A stretch of DNA of 64,000 bases from Candidatus Undinarchaeota archaeon (GTDB lineage Archaea; SpSt-1190; DYHY01; CAZGQF01): contig CAZGQF010000003.1 in NCBI GenBank assembly GCA_964527545.1, positions 1,461 to 65,460 of the forward strand. Reading direction: 5' to 3'. Within the stretch, counting starts at the first letter, position 1, and each line of letters opens with the position of its first letter. Both the position numbers and the translations under genes were made by a program. The notes below the pieces were generated by a model. The model did not search any database. It worked only from the letters and a program-made list of their open reading frames with translations, and had not been told where the DNA came from. Positions 44,124 to 53,698 of this stretch are shown one piece after another.

Positions 44124-44192
44124 GGGAGGGGGAAGCAGTGGGACACTTAATCCTTTGCGCTCGGCTTTTAAGCTGGGGGTGAAGATGAGAGA

Positions 44193-44690
44193 GTGATGAC
44201 AGTGAAGGTGAGAGAAGGGAGAGAAGAGGAGGTCCCGGCCATGCTCGAGGTGGCGAAAGACCTCCAGCACGGCGAAAAGGAGAGGTGGTTCACTGAGAAG
44301 GCGGTGGAGACGATGGAGAGAGAGTTCCCGGCGCAGGAGAGGCTGGTCGCCGTCGAGAAAGGAAAAGTAATCGGCTTTCTCACGTTCTCTCGTTCAGACG
44401 GAGGCGACACAGGCGAAGTCCCTGAAGGCGAGTGGATGATCGACTGGATCGGCGTCCTGAGAGAGAGGCAGGGAGAGGGAATAGGGACGGCGATGGTGGA
44501 AGAGATGGTCGAAAGAGTTGAGGGCGACATCTATGTCGAGACTGTCAGCCCGAGGGAGAAAGACGAGCGCTACCTCGAGACGGTGGAGTTCTACGAGGGG
44601 GCGGGTTTCGTTCTCTGGAAGGAGAAGGACATGAGGGGAGAAGGGCCGAAGTGCTGGATGGCAATCTACAGGAAGACTGCCAAAAGATAA
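44193..44690 (+). CDS. GNAT-family acetyltransferase
   Basis: Contains IGVLRERQGEGIGTAMVEEM and ...TVEFYEGAGF. Confidence 0.7.
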   Translation: MMTVKVREGREEEVPAMLEVAKDLQHGEKERWFTEKAVETMEREFPAQERLVAVEKGKVIGFLTFSRSDGGDTGEVPEGEWMIDWIGVLRERQGEGIGTAMVEEMVERVEGDIYVETVSPREKDERYLETVEFYEGAGFVLWKEKDMRGEGPKCWMAIYRKTAKR

Positions 44691-44696
44691 ATCTGC

Positions 44697-45983
44697 GTGG
44701 CGAAGCTGGTCGGCGTGAAAGGGCAGACTGCAATAGGGACGCTGCTGGTCTACGGCTTCGTCCTGGTCATAATCTCCATCGCCGGCTACGTCCTCATCAG
44801 GGGAGGGATAATCGACTCCACCTCCTACGCCAGCTCCCACTGCGTCGGGCTCGGGAAGCTCTCCTACAGGGATCACCTCCTCCCCAAAAACGGCCAGTTC
44901 AGGATAGAGGTCGGGAACGGCGTAGGCTACAGGATAGACGACCTGCGAGTCGTCGAAGTGGGGAGCAGCCACGTCTCCTGCGGGAGCGGCGGCGAGAGGA
45001 CTATGAGGTCGGGGAGCTTCGACATCCTGAAGTCTGGCAGCTGTGAGACAGAGCTGGAGGAGGGCGAGTCCTACCAAGTGAACATCACCATAGAGTACTC
45101 TCTCAAGGGACTGACTCACAGGGAGAGGGGGGAGTGCACCGGCCGCATAGAGCCGGGGAGGCCGACCTTCGAGGTGGGGGATGCCGAGGCAGGAAGCTCC
45201 TGGGTCTCCGTTGAGATGGAGAACACATACATCTCGCCGGTGGTGGTGGCCAGCTTCCTGGAGGAGAGCAACACGCTTCCCGCCTCAGTCAGGATCGCCA
45301 ACGTGACGTCAAACAGCTTCGACTTGAAACTCCAGAACCCAGGCAACTCCTCGCTCTCTGAGGAGGAGGTCCACTACCTCGTGGTCGAGGAGGGGAGATG
45401 GACTCTCGACGGCGTGAAGCTGGAGGCGCACAAGTACGATACAGACACTGTCGGCCACAGCGGAGACTGGGACGGCGACGCATTCTTTTTCGCCCACTCT
45501 TTCAGCTCGCCGCCCGTCGTGCTGCATCAGGTGATGAGCAGCAGCGACTCGTCCTGGATAACCACCTGGGTCAGCGACCCGTCATCTGCCGGGAGCCCGC
45601 CCACGGCGACTGGCCTCCAGATCGGCCTCAACGGGGCGGAGGCGACGACGTCGCACGGCGAGGAGACCGTGGGCTGGGTCGCCATCGAGAACCAGACTCA
45701 AGGCGAGACAGAGGAGTTCACCTTCGGGACCATGACTGTGAGCGGTGTGAAGGGCCACGACAACGGCTGCTTCTCCTCGAGCCTGCCCTCGGGGGGCATC
45801 AGGGTGCCGAAGGTTGTGGCGAGCCAGCTGTCGATGGCCGGCAGCAACGGCGGCTGGTCGGTGCTCTGCCAGCTCTCCGGCTCAAGCGTGGGCGTCCACA
45901 TAGAGGAAGACCAGGAAGCGGACAGCGAGAGGAGCCACGCGGACGAGGAAGTGGGAGTCGTCTTTTTCAGGGAGAGAGATTAG
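44697..45983 (+). CDS. class-III-signal (prepilin-like) surface protein with three tandem beta-rich repeats
   Basis: GTG start. The N-terminus is (M)AKLVGVKGQTAIGTLLVYGFVLVIISIAGYVLI, which carries the KGQ prepilin motif. Three colinear ~90-aa units follow, each with P.VV... and a ...EE.VG(W/V)V(A/F) ending. Confidence 0.65.
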   Translation: MAKLVGVKGQTAIGTLLVYGFVLVIISIAGYVLIRGGIIDSTSYASSHCVGLGKLSYRDHLLPKNGQFRIEVGNGVGYRIDDLRVVEVGSSHVSCGSGGERTMRSGSFDILKSGSCETELEEGESYQVNITIEYSLKGLTHRERGECTGRIEPGRPTFEVGDAEAGSSWVSVEMENTYISPVVVASFLEESNTLPASVRIANVTSNSFDLKLQNPGNSSLSEEEVHYLVVEEGRWTLDGVKLEAHKYDTDTVGHSGDWDGDAFFFAHSFSSPPVVLHQVMSSSDSSWITTWVSDPSSAGSPPTATGLQIGLNGAEATTSHGEETVGWVAIENQTQGETEEFTFGTMTVSGVKGHDNGCFSSSLPSGGIRVPKVVASQLSMAGSNGGWSVLCQLSGSSVGVHIEEDQEADSERSHADEEVGVVFFRERD

Positions 45984-46014
45984 TCATATAAAGGAACATT
46001 AAGGCCACTAAATA

Positions 46015-47274
46015 ATGGTGAAAACAACCACGGTGAGGGACGGCCCGACAGGCAGGCTTGTCGACATCTCCGAAGTCACAGGCATCACGAGCACGAAAGA
46101 GTTCAACCGGCTCCGCTCAGTCCGCCAGCTCGGGTGCGCCTGGACCGTCTTCAACGGAGCGAGGCACACGCGGGCAGGCCACGGTTTTGGGACCTACGAC
46201 AAGACGAGAGAGTACGAGGAAGTCCTCGGCCTCGACCCTGAAGTGGCATTGGTCGGCCTCATCCATGACATCTCCCACACCGCCTACTCCCACGACGGCG
46301 AGACTGCGCTGAAGTTCTACGACGAGAAAAACCATGACGAGCGGCTCGACCACCTCTTCGAGATCGAGGACGAGATAGAGGAGAGCTTCGACTTCACGAA
46401 GGTGAAGCGCATCTTCGAGAGGAGAGACCCGCAGTGGCGGGTGATCTGGACGAGGATGGGAACAGACAAGCAGGACTATGTCAATCGCGACCTCTACTAC
46501 TGCGGCTTCGACCCGGTCGAGACCGCCGGCTTCGCGAAGTACGCCAGCTACGACAAAAAGGACGGCCTCTGCTTCGACGTCAGCCAGGCGAAGTGGGCGA
46601 AAGACTTCATGAACGCCTGGTGGGGCGGCCACCAGGAGATCTACTTCCGCAAGAAAGTCCTGCTCGTGCAGGAAGAGATGATACGCGCCATCTACCACGC
46701 CCTGGAGACGGGAGAGCTCGAGAGGAGGGTCCTGCTCGACGGCGTTGACTCCCAGGTCGAGGCTGCGCTCCTGGGGGCGCGAAAGAGGGGCTCTTCCCAA
46801 CTCTCGCCAAGCGAGATGATGAAGTCAGTCTTGGGAGGACGCGGCACATACAAGACTGTCCTCACGCTCAAGAACGAGGGGAGGGGGATGATGGAGAGCA
46901 GGAAAAAAAAGGCGCTGGCCGTTGCAGAGCTCCCGAGAGAGGGGATGAAAAGGTTCGAGGAGAGGATAAGGGGGAGGAGAGTCATAGGCGAGGAGGAGAA
47001 ACTCTCCAAAGAGCTCGGCTACTCTGTCCTTGTCTGCAGGATGGCCAACGCGGACAGGTTCGAGCCGGAGGACGCCGTTCTCAAGAACGGCAGCGAGAAG
47101 ACGACGCTCTTCACGCAGTACCCAGCCTTCAAAAAGTCCCTCGAAGAGGCGACAGACGCGTTCTATGCATTGAGAATCGCCGTCCCCGCAGAGAAGAGGG
47201 GGAGAGTTTTCAGGAACGACGTCGAAACAATCATGGAGTCACTGGAGATAGAGCCTTCCAAGGTCTACAGGTGA
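46015..47274 (+). CDS. HD-domain phosphohydrolase (dNTPase/SAMHD1-like family)
   Basis: The HD motif residues are ARHTRAGHGFG...GLIHDISHTAYSHDGE. Confidence 0.75.
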   Translation: MVKTTTVRDGPTGRLVDISEVTGITSTKEFNRLRSVRQLGCAWTVFNGARHTRAGHGFGTYDKTREYEEVLGLDPEVALVGLIHDISHTAYSHDGETALKFYDEKNHDERLDHLFEIEDEIEESFDFTKVKRIFERRDPQWRVIWTRMGTDKQDYVNRDLYYCGFDPVETAGFAKYASYDKKDGLCFDVSQAKWAKDFMNAWWGGHQEIYFRKKVLLVQEEMIRAIYHALETGELERRVLLDGVDSQVEAALLGARKRGSSQLSPSEMMKSVLGGRGTYKTVLTLKNEGRGMMESRKKKALAVAELPREGMKRFEERIRGRRVIGEEEKLSKELGYSVLVCRMANADRFEPEDAVLKNGSEKTTLFTQYPAFKKSLEEATDAFYALRIAVPAEKRGRVFRNDVETIMESLEIEPSKVYR

Positions 47275-47310
47275 AGAAAAGGTTAAGAGTGACTTCAGCC
47301 ATACGGACAG

Positions 47311-47838
47311 GTGGCCAAGAAAGAGGAGGTCAAGCTGAAGGAGACAGAGTACGGCGAGGTCCTCCTCGGCAAGTCACCCTCCATAATCTTCCAGAGAAAC
47401 TTCCCAGCCCAGCTCCAGACGGCGATGGTCGAAAGCATGGGAGCTCCTGCGTTGCGGCTGCTCTACCAGACAGCAAAAGAAAACGCCTCCGCGTCAGCCA
47501 AGGCGGTGGCAGACTCAATAGTAGGGATGCTCGGCAAGCTCGACAGGAAGAGAATGGCGGAGGAGATGCTGAAGCAGTTTCCGAAGAGGGGCTACGGAAT
47601 CGCCACGCTGGAGTCGATCGACCCGAGTTCGGACCGCATAGTCATCTCTGTCGACAACTGCTTCAATGCGCCGAGCGAAAAAGACCCGAACCACACCTGC
47701 GCCATCGCGGCCGGGATCTTGGCAGGAGCCGCCTTTTCCGTGACTGGAAAAGAGATGGACGCTGTGGAGACCAACTGCGTGGCGAGGGGGGACCCCTACT
47801 GCAGGTTCGAGCTCAACCCGGTCAAGGGCTGGAAATGA
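47311..47838 (+). CDS. V4R-domain protein
   Basis: The C-terminal CAIAAGILAGAAFSVTGKEMDAVETNCVARGDPYCRFEL is the typical V4R (4-vinyl-reductase) Cys pattern. GTG start. Confidence 0.6.
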   Translation: MAKKEEVKLKETEYGEVLLGKSPSIIFQRNFPAQLQTAMVESMGAPALRLLYQTAKENASASAKAVADSIVGMLGKLDRKRMAEEMLKQFPKRGYGIATLESIDPSSDRIVISVDNCFNAPSEKDPNHTCAIAAGILAGAAFSVTGKEMDAVETNCVARGDPYCRFELNPVKGWK

Positions 47839-47905
47839 GGTTCTGGGCACGCAGAGAGAAAAACCAACAGCTTCGCATAAATAACCGGACTCCCTCATTA
47901 CTCTG

Positions 47906-48238
47906 ATGGTCGAGCTGGCCGAGGGTCTGAACATTCTCTTCTCCAGGGAGATAGAGCTGTCGTCACGTTTGGAGGTCGCCCGCCACAAGAACATCCAGAA
48001 GCTGAAGAAGGTCGAGTTGGAGTCGGAGAAGGTGAGAGAGAAGGCGAGAAAGAAGGCGAGGGAGAAACTGGAGGCGATGGAGAAGGAGCTGAAGTCGAGA
48101 GTGAAGAAGAGGATGGCGGCCAAGAGGAGGGAGAGCGAAAAAGAGACTGAGCAGATGAGGGGGCGGTTCGAGAAGAAGGGGGATGAGATAGTGGAAAAGA
48201 TGAGGGAAAAGCTCCTGGAGGTGCTGGAAAGTGTTTAA
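47906..48238 (+). CDS. atpH: A-type ATP synthase subunit H
   Basis: Small coiled-coil K/E-rich protein located immediately 5' of atpI. This is the conserved first position in the archaeal atpHIKECFABD order. Confidence 0.7.
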   Translation: MVELAEGLNILFSREIELSSRLEVARHKNIQKLKKVELESEKVREKARKKAREKLEAMEKELKSRVKKRMAAKRRESEKETEQMRGRFEKKGDEIVEKMREKLLEVLESV

Positions 48239-50012
48239 GCCCGCCCCGCTCTGGAACGTCGTCGTGATCTTCCCCAAGAAATTCCAGGACGAACTTTTGA
48301 AGGAGATGGGAAGGGAGGGCATAGCTGAGATAAGGAAGCCGCCCGGGAGAGTGGAGAAGAGCCACTACTTCAAGGCAGTGGAGGCAGAGACGGGAGAGAT
48401 AGCCAAGGTCCTGATGGGCCTGGACAGGGAGATCGCCAGGCTCGGAGTGGTAAAGGGAGAGAGGCGGAAGGAGAGAGAGGAGCCTGTCAGGGAGGCAGAA
48501 GAGCTACTTGAAAAACTGAGGCTCGAGGAGGAGGGGGTCCGCTCGCTTCTGAAAGAGGAGAGGGAGAGGAAGGAGCACCTCCGGAGGGAACTGGAGATGG
48601 TCAGGTCGCTCGAGGACCTGAAGCTTGAGTACCAGCCCCACCTGCACCTCGCTGTGATGAGCCCTTCCGAGTGGGAGAAGACCCACAAGAGACTCGAGTC
48701 AAGAGTGGGGACGTTCACTTCGCTGAGGGAGGCGGTCAGCGTCAGCAGGGAGCTGGTAGCGGTCATCTCCACGGAAAAGGACTCCAAAAAGATAGGGTCG
48801 ATACTCTCCGGCTTCAGGTCGGGGCCGGCGGATGTCGTGGCAGAGGAGATAGGGGAGGAAAGAGAGGAGATCGAAGCCTCCATCGAGGAGGAAGAGGAGA
48901 AACTGAAAAGACTCCCCGAAGAGTACGGCCCAGACCTGCTGGCGCTGAGAGAACAGCTCGAGTTCATGCTGAAGCGCGAGAACCAGAAGAGGAAGCTGGT
49001 CGAGTCCAAGTTCTCCAGCGCCCTGACCTGCTGGGTCTCGAAGAAAGAATACCAAGTCCTGAAGAACCTGGTCTGGAGGGTCTGCGGACCCCACGCCGCC
49101 GTCTTCATCGAGGAGCCGAAACCGGAGGAGGCGCCGACCAAGCTGGAAAACCCTCTGCCCTTCCGCCCGTTCGAGACATTCCTCTACCAGTTCTCTCTCC
49201 CCTCCTACGACGAGATCGACCCAACACCGATCATCGCCCTCGTCTTCCCGCTCTTCTTCGGGATGATGCTCTCGGACGGCGGCTACGGCACGCTTCTGCT
49301 CCCCCTCTCCCTCGCCATGAGGAGAAAAAAGGACCTCAAGCCGCTGGGAAACATACTGCTCCCCTGCGCCATCTCCACGATCCTTTTCGGCTTCGTCTTC
49401 GGGAGCTGGTTCGGCTATCCCCTGACAGGTCCCCAGATCGATCCCCTGCGGAAGCCTCTCCTCTTGATGGGGCTGACGCTCCTCGTCGGCTTCTTCTACG
49501 TCAACCTCGGCCTGCTCCTCGGCGTCGCACAGCGATGGGTGAAGGAGGACTGGGAGGGGATGGCCGAAGAAGAGGGGCTCTGGCTGGTCTTCGAGGCAGG
49601 TCTCGCCGCAATGGTTGTGGGTGAGTGGGTGTTCGGGGGCGTCGTGGCGGGCGGCGCAGTTTTCTTCAGGCTCTGGAGAAAAGGCGTGCTCAAGATACTC
49701 GACTTCCCCAAGTTCTTCTCCACATTCGTCTCCTTCGTCAGGCTGGCCGCCCTCGCCATGGCCACCGCCTGGATAGCCTTCACAGTAAACCTGCTCTTCA
49801 GCGTGTTGAGACCCATCCCCTACGGCTTGATACCGGGCGTCCTCGTCCTGGCTGGCGGCCACCTCTTCAACTTCGGCTTCAACGCCTTCGGCGCATTCCT
49901 CCAGGCGATGCGCCTCCACTACGTCGAGTTCCTCGGCCAGTTCTTCCAGGGCAACGGCAGGGCGATGGAAGTCTTCAAGCTCACCAGAGAACATACTTTG
50001 GAGGTGAAATAA
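48231..50012 (+). CDS. atpI: A-type ATP synthase subunit I (stator a subunit)
   Basis: A soluble coiled-coil N-terminal half is followed by a polytopic C-terminal half. The latter carries the conserved Arg region AFLQAMRLHYVEF. Confidence 0.85.
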   Translation: MFKPAPLWNVVVIFPKKFQDELLKEMGREGIAEIRKPPGRVEKSHYFKAVEAETGEIAKVLMGLDREIARLGVVKGERRKEREEPVREAEELLEKLRLEEEGVRSLLKEERERKEHLRRELEMVRSLEDLKLEYQPHLHLAVMSPSEWEKTHKRLESRVGTFTSLREAVSVSRELVAVISTEKDSKKIGSILSGFRSGPADVVAEEIGEEREEIEASIEEEEEKLKRLPEEYGPDLLALREQLEFMLKRENQKRKLVESKFSSALTCWVSKKEYQVLKNLVWRVCGPHAAVFIEEPKPEEAPTKLENPLPFRPFETFLYQFSLPSYDEIDPTPIIALVFPLFFGMMLSDGGYGTLLLPLSLAMRRKKDLKPLGNILLPCAISTILFGFVFGSWFGYPLTGPQIDPLRKPLLLMGLTLLVGFFYVNLGLLLGVAQRWVKEDWEGMAEEEGLWLVFEAGLAAMVVGEWVFGGVVAGGAVFFRLWRKGVLKILDFPKFFSTFVSFVRLAALAMATAWIAFTVNLLFSVLRPIPYGLIPGVLVLAGGHLFNFGFNAFGAFLQAMRLHYVEFLGQFFQGNGRAMEVFKLTREHTLEVK

Positions 50013-50251
50013 TGGCAATAGAACCAGGTCTGATAGGGCTGGGCGCGGGCATAGCGATAGGGCTGGCCGGCCTCGGGTCCGCAATAGGGCAGGGAATGAG
50101 TGCTGCTGCGGCTGCCGGGGCCACTGCGGAGGACAAGACGCTCTACGTGAGGGAGCTGACCTTCGCCGTGCTGCCTGAGACCCAGGCGATCTACGGCTTC
50201 ATCATAGCCATCGTAATGATCGCGCTTGCCTTTGGACTGATACAGGTATAG
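50012..50251 (+). CDS. atpK: A-type ATP synthase subunit K (proteolipid c)
   Basis: 79 aa, MAIEPGLIGLGAGIAIGLAGLGSAIGQG...LPETQAIYGFIIAIVMI, with the ion-binding Glu in helix 2. The ATG overlaps the atpI TAA. Confidence 0.85.
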   Translation: MAIEPGLIGLGAGIAIGLAGLGSAIGQGMSAAAAAGATAEDKTLYVRELTFAVLPETQAIYGFIIAIVMIALAFGLIQV

Positions 50252-50254
50252 GAG

Positions 50255-50815
50255 ATGAGACTCGACTACGGCTCGGTGGAGCACATAGTGGCCACCCTGG
50301 AGAAGGACGTGAAAAAAGAGATTGAGGAAGAGGGAAGAAGAGTCGATCTTTTGGTGAAGGAGAAGAGGGCGCAGGCGAAGAAGGAGGCTGATGAGATCGA
50401 GAGGGAGGTGCTCTCCAAGGGTGAAGAGAGGCTGGAGGAGGAGGCAAAGAGGATAGAGGACGAGGAGATCGCAAAGATGGAGAGGAAAAAGAGGGAGGCG
50501 AAGAAGGAACTCCTTGAGGAGGCCTTCGAGAAGCTGGAGAAGAAACTGAAGAGGTTCACGAAGACCAAAACCTACGGCAAGCTGCTCCGCAAGCTGGTGA
50601 AGAAGTCAGGCATCCCCTCACCTCTCGTCCGCTGCCGGAAAGAGGACGAGAAGCACCTAAAGAGAAGAAAGACGGTGGGGGACCTGGAGGGCCTCGGAGG
50701 CGTAGTCGCGGAGGACAGGAAGAGAACTAAGAGGGTGGACATGACCTTTGAGAGCGCAATCAGGAGGCACGAGGGCGAGCTCGCCGCAGTGGTCTTGGAG
50801 GCGATAGAGAGATGA
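50255..50815 (+). CDS. atpE: A-type ATP synthase subunit E
   Basis: Operon position, an N-terminal long K/E helix and a globular C-terminus. Confidence 0.75.
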   Translation: MRLDYGSVEHIVATLEKDVKKEIEEEGRRVDLLVKEKRAQAKKEADEIEREVLSKGEERLEEEAKRIEDEEIAKMERKKREAKKELLEEAFEKLEKKLKRFTKTKTYGKLLRKLVKKSGIPSPLVRCRKEDEKHLKRRKTVGDLEGLGGVVAEDRKRTKRVDMTFESAIRRHEGELAAVVLEAIER

Positions 50816-51780
50816 GCTTCCTTTTCTGGGCAGGCATCGGATTCGGCCTCTCCCTCCTCGCCGCGCTGCCCATGCTCGGCTGGGTGAAGAAGACTGGCTC
50901 CTACGCCTATGCGACTGCGAGGTGCAGGGCGATCACGGGGAAACTTCTCGGCGTCGAAGAGATGGAGAGGGTGGGTGATGAAGAGATGTCGTCCTGGCTA
51001 GAGGGGTCCGACTACTGGCCGCTGCTCCAGAAAGCCGACGGCAGGCTCGGCTACGAAGCGGGTCTGGAAAACCTGGAGAGAGGGAGGGAAAGAAAGCTCC
51101 TCTCCTTCGCCCCGGAGGACTCCAAAAAGTTCCTGAAGTGCCTTTTCCGGCTGGAGAGAAAACTCGAGGCCATCAAGGCGGTCGTCAACGCTGTGGAGAG
51201 CGGTCGGAGCCTGCCTCTCTACCTGCTGCCCGAGACAGAGAAATTGGACAAGCTGCTGGAGGCTGAAGGGATTGAGGAGCTGGTCGGCATTTTGCAGGAG
51301 AGAAATGAGGGGAGGTTCGTCTCCATGAAGACGCTCTACGCCTACGGCTCGACAGGCGTGGAGTGCGCGCTCGACAGGTACTTTTTCCACGAGCTCAAGA
51401 AGTCGTCCGGCAACAGGGAGTGCGAAAGAGTGAGAAAGGCGATGAAGAGGGTCTACCTCTACAGGACAGTCGCCCGCCTCAAGAAGAGGGGTTACGGGCC
51501 GGCAGAGATAGCGGAACTGCTCGGCCTGAAAGAGAAAAGACTGGCGGAGATGGAGATGGAGACGCTGATGAGGGAGATTGCAAGAGAGTCGCCCTCCCTC
51601 AGCGAGAGCATAATGAAGGGGTCGCCCTATGAGATCGAGAGGGCCTTCGACAAGCTCCTCCTGCAGGAGATTGAAAAGATAAAGCACACCAACCAGCTGG
51701 GCTTCGGTGTGTTGGCGGAGACTGCATTCAGGTCAAGGGCGGAGGCCGATGCGGCCAGGAGGGCGTGGTGGTTGAGATGA
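50812..51780 (+). CDS. atpC: A-type ATP synthase subunit C
   Basis: Operon position and size (322 aa, helical). There is a 4-nt overlap on both sides. Confidence 0.75.
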   Translation: MSFLFWAGIGFGLSLLAALPMLGWVKKTGSYAYATARCRAITGKLLGVEEMERVGDEEMSSWLEGSDYWPLLQKADGRLGYEAGLENLERGRERKLLSFAPEDSKKFLKCLFRLERKLEAIKAVVNAVESGRSLPLYLLPETEKLDKLLEAEGIEELVGILQERNEGRFVSMKTLYAYGSTGVECALDRYFFHELKKSSGNRECERVRKAMKRVYLYRTVARLKKRGYGPAEIAELLGLKEKRLAEMEMETLMREIARESPSLSESIMKGSPYEIERAFDKLLLQEIEKIKHTNQLGFGVLAETAFRSRAEADAARRAWWLR

Positions 51781-51977
51781 GGGGCGGAGCAATACTCCCG
51801 AGCCCCCTCTGCGAGAGCTTTGCCCTCCTCGGCTTCCGTGCCTTTTCTGAAGAGGAGCTGGAGAGGGCCTTGGAGGAGTTCAAGATGGACCACTCCGTCA
51901 AGCTGGTGGTGGTCTCCAAGGAAGAGGAGGTAAAAGTGAGCGAGAAGCTAGAGGGGAAAACGGTGGTGGGGATATGA
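51777..51977 (+). CDS. atpF: A-type ATP synthase subunit F (short form)
   Basis: Operon position. Contains ...FALLGFRAF...KLVVVSKE. It is shorter, at about 66 aa, than the usual ~100 aa. Confidence 0.6.
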   Translation: MRGGAILPSPLCESFALLGFRAFSEEELERALEEFKMDHSVKLVVVSKEEEVKVSEKLEGKTVVGI

Positions 51978-53698
51978 AGGGGGAGATAAGGAGGGTGTCC
52001 GGGCCGCTGGTGGTTGGCGAGGAGTTGGAGAGGCCGAAGGTCTCTGAGATAGTCAGGATAGGGGAAGAGAGGCTCTTCGGCGAGGTGATAAGGCTGCTCG
52101 GCGATAAAACTGCCATCCAGGTCTACGAGCCTACGGAGGGCTTGAGGCCGGGCGACAGGATAGAGCAGACCGGCGAGCTGTTCACAGCCATGCTGGGTCC
52201 CGGCATGCTGACCCACATGTTCGACGGCATACAGAGGCCGATGGAGGGCGAGTCGCTCTTCCTGGAGAGGGGGATGGAGAAGAAGGCGCTGGACATGAAG
52301 AAAGAGTGGCACTTCACTCCGAGGGAGGGACTCGCGAAGGGGTCGAAGGTCTCCGGGGGAGAGGTGCTCGGGCACGTCCAGGAGACCCATCCCGTCAGCC
52401 ACGCCATACTTGTCCCCCCTCTCGTACACGGGAGGCTGCAGGGAAAGCTCACCGAAGGGGACTACACCCTGGAGGAGTCCCTCTGCTCGCTCAAGACTCA
52501 AGAAGGGAAGAGGGAGCTGAAGCTCTATCACGAGTGGCCGATAAGGAAGCCGAGGCCCTACAGCTTCCGCGCCCGGCCGAAGAAGATCTTCCTGACCGGT
52601 CAGAAGGTGCTCGACTTCTTCTTCCCCTGTGCCAAGGGGGGAACGGTCGCCCTGCCCGGCGGATTCGGGACAGGAAAGACGATGCTCATCTTCCAGATTG
52701 TGAAGTGGTCCAACGCCGACATACTGATCTACGTCGGATGCGGCGAGAGGGGGAACGAGATAGTGACAATAACCAAGGAGATAGCGAACCTCAAGTCCCG
52801 CGGGGAGCTTCTCGACTCGCGGACTGTCTACGTCGCCAACACATCCAACATGCCGGTCGCCGCAAGGACGAGCGGCGTCTTCTCCGCCATGACCATAGCG
52901 GAGTACTTCAGGGACCAGGGCAAGAGCGTCGTTTTGGTGGCCGACTCCCTCACCAGGTGGGCGGAGGCGATGAGGGAGATGTCCAACCGCATAGGCGAGT
53001 TCCCGGGCGAGGAGGGCTACCCGACCTATCTTGCCAGCGAGATAGGGAGCTTCTTCGAGAGGGCGGGCAACGTGGGGACTCTGGGAGGGGGAGCTGGCTC
53101 CCTGACAGTGATAGGCTCCATCTCCCTCTACGGGAGCGACTTCAGCGACCCCGTCGCCCAGTCGGCAATGAAGGTCGCCAACTCATTGTGGGCGCTCGAC
53201 CCGTCCCTTGCTTACGTGAGACACTACCCTGCCATCAACAGGAAGCTGAGCTACACCAAGTTCACCCACATCGCGGAGGAGTTCTGGCAGGAGTACGGCA
53301 ACTGGCGGCTCCACTACGACAGATTGAGGGCGCTCTTCGGCAAGATGGACGAGCTTGAGAAGCTGACCGCCGTGGTCGGGCCGGAGATGCTCCCTGCCAA
53401 GGACCAATTCCTCCTCCAGTTCGGCGAGCTCTTCACAGACATCTTCCTCAAGCAGAGCGCCTACGAGATCGCGGACGCCCACAGGCCGCCCAAGGAGCAG
53501 ATGGCGATGGTAGAGGCGCTGATGAAGTACTATGAGCGGGGGAAGGGGGCGATAGAGGCGGGGAGAGGCGTGGAAGAGGTGGCCAGCCCGGAGATAAAAA
53601 AGTCCCTCATGGAGCTCAAGAAGGTGAGGGGGAAGAAGCTGGAGAAGAAGGTCTCCGAGATGGAGAAGGGGCTGGTCTTCGTGGAGGAGGAGGTCTGA
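51974..53698 (+). CDS. atpA: A-type ATP synthase catalytic subunit A
   Basis: The P-loop region is PGGFGTGKTMLIFQIVKWSNADILIYVGCGERGNE, followed by the Walker B region VVLVADSLTRWAEAMRE. Confidence 0.95.
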   Translation: MKGEIRRVSGPLVVGEELERPKVSEIVRIGEERLFGEVIRLLGDKTAIQVYEPTEGLRPGDRIEQTGELFTAMLGPGMLTHMFDGIQRPMEGESLFLERGMEKKALDMKKEWHFTPREGLAKGSKVSGGEVLGHVQETHPVSHAILVPPLVHGRLQGKLTEGDYTLEESLCSLKTQEGKRELKLYHEWPIRKPRPYSFRARPKKIFLTGQKVLDFFFPCAKGGTVALPGGFGTGKTMLIFQIVKWSNADILIYVGCGERGNEIVTITKEIANLKSRGELLDSRTVYVANTSNMPVAARTSGVFSAMTIAEYFRDQGKSVVLVADSLTRWAEAMREMSNRIGEFPGEEGYPTYLASEIGSFFERAGNVGTLGGGAGSLTVIGSISLYGSDFSDPVAQSAMKVANSLWALDPSLAYVRHYPAINRKLSYTKFTHIAEEFWQEYGNWRLHYDRLRALFGKMDELEKLTAVVGPEMLPAKDQFLLQFGELFTDIFLKQSAYEIADAHRPPKEQMAMVEALMKYYERGKGAIEAGRGVEEVASPEIKKSLMELKKVRGKKLEKKVSEMEKGLVFVEEEV

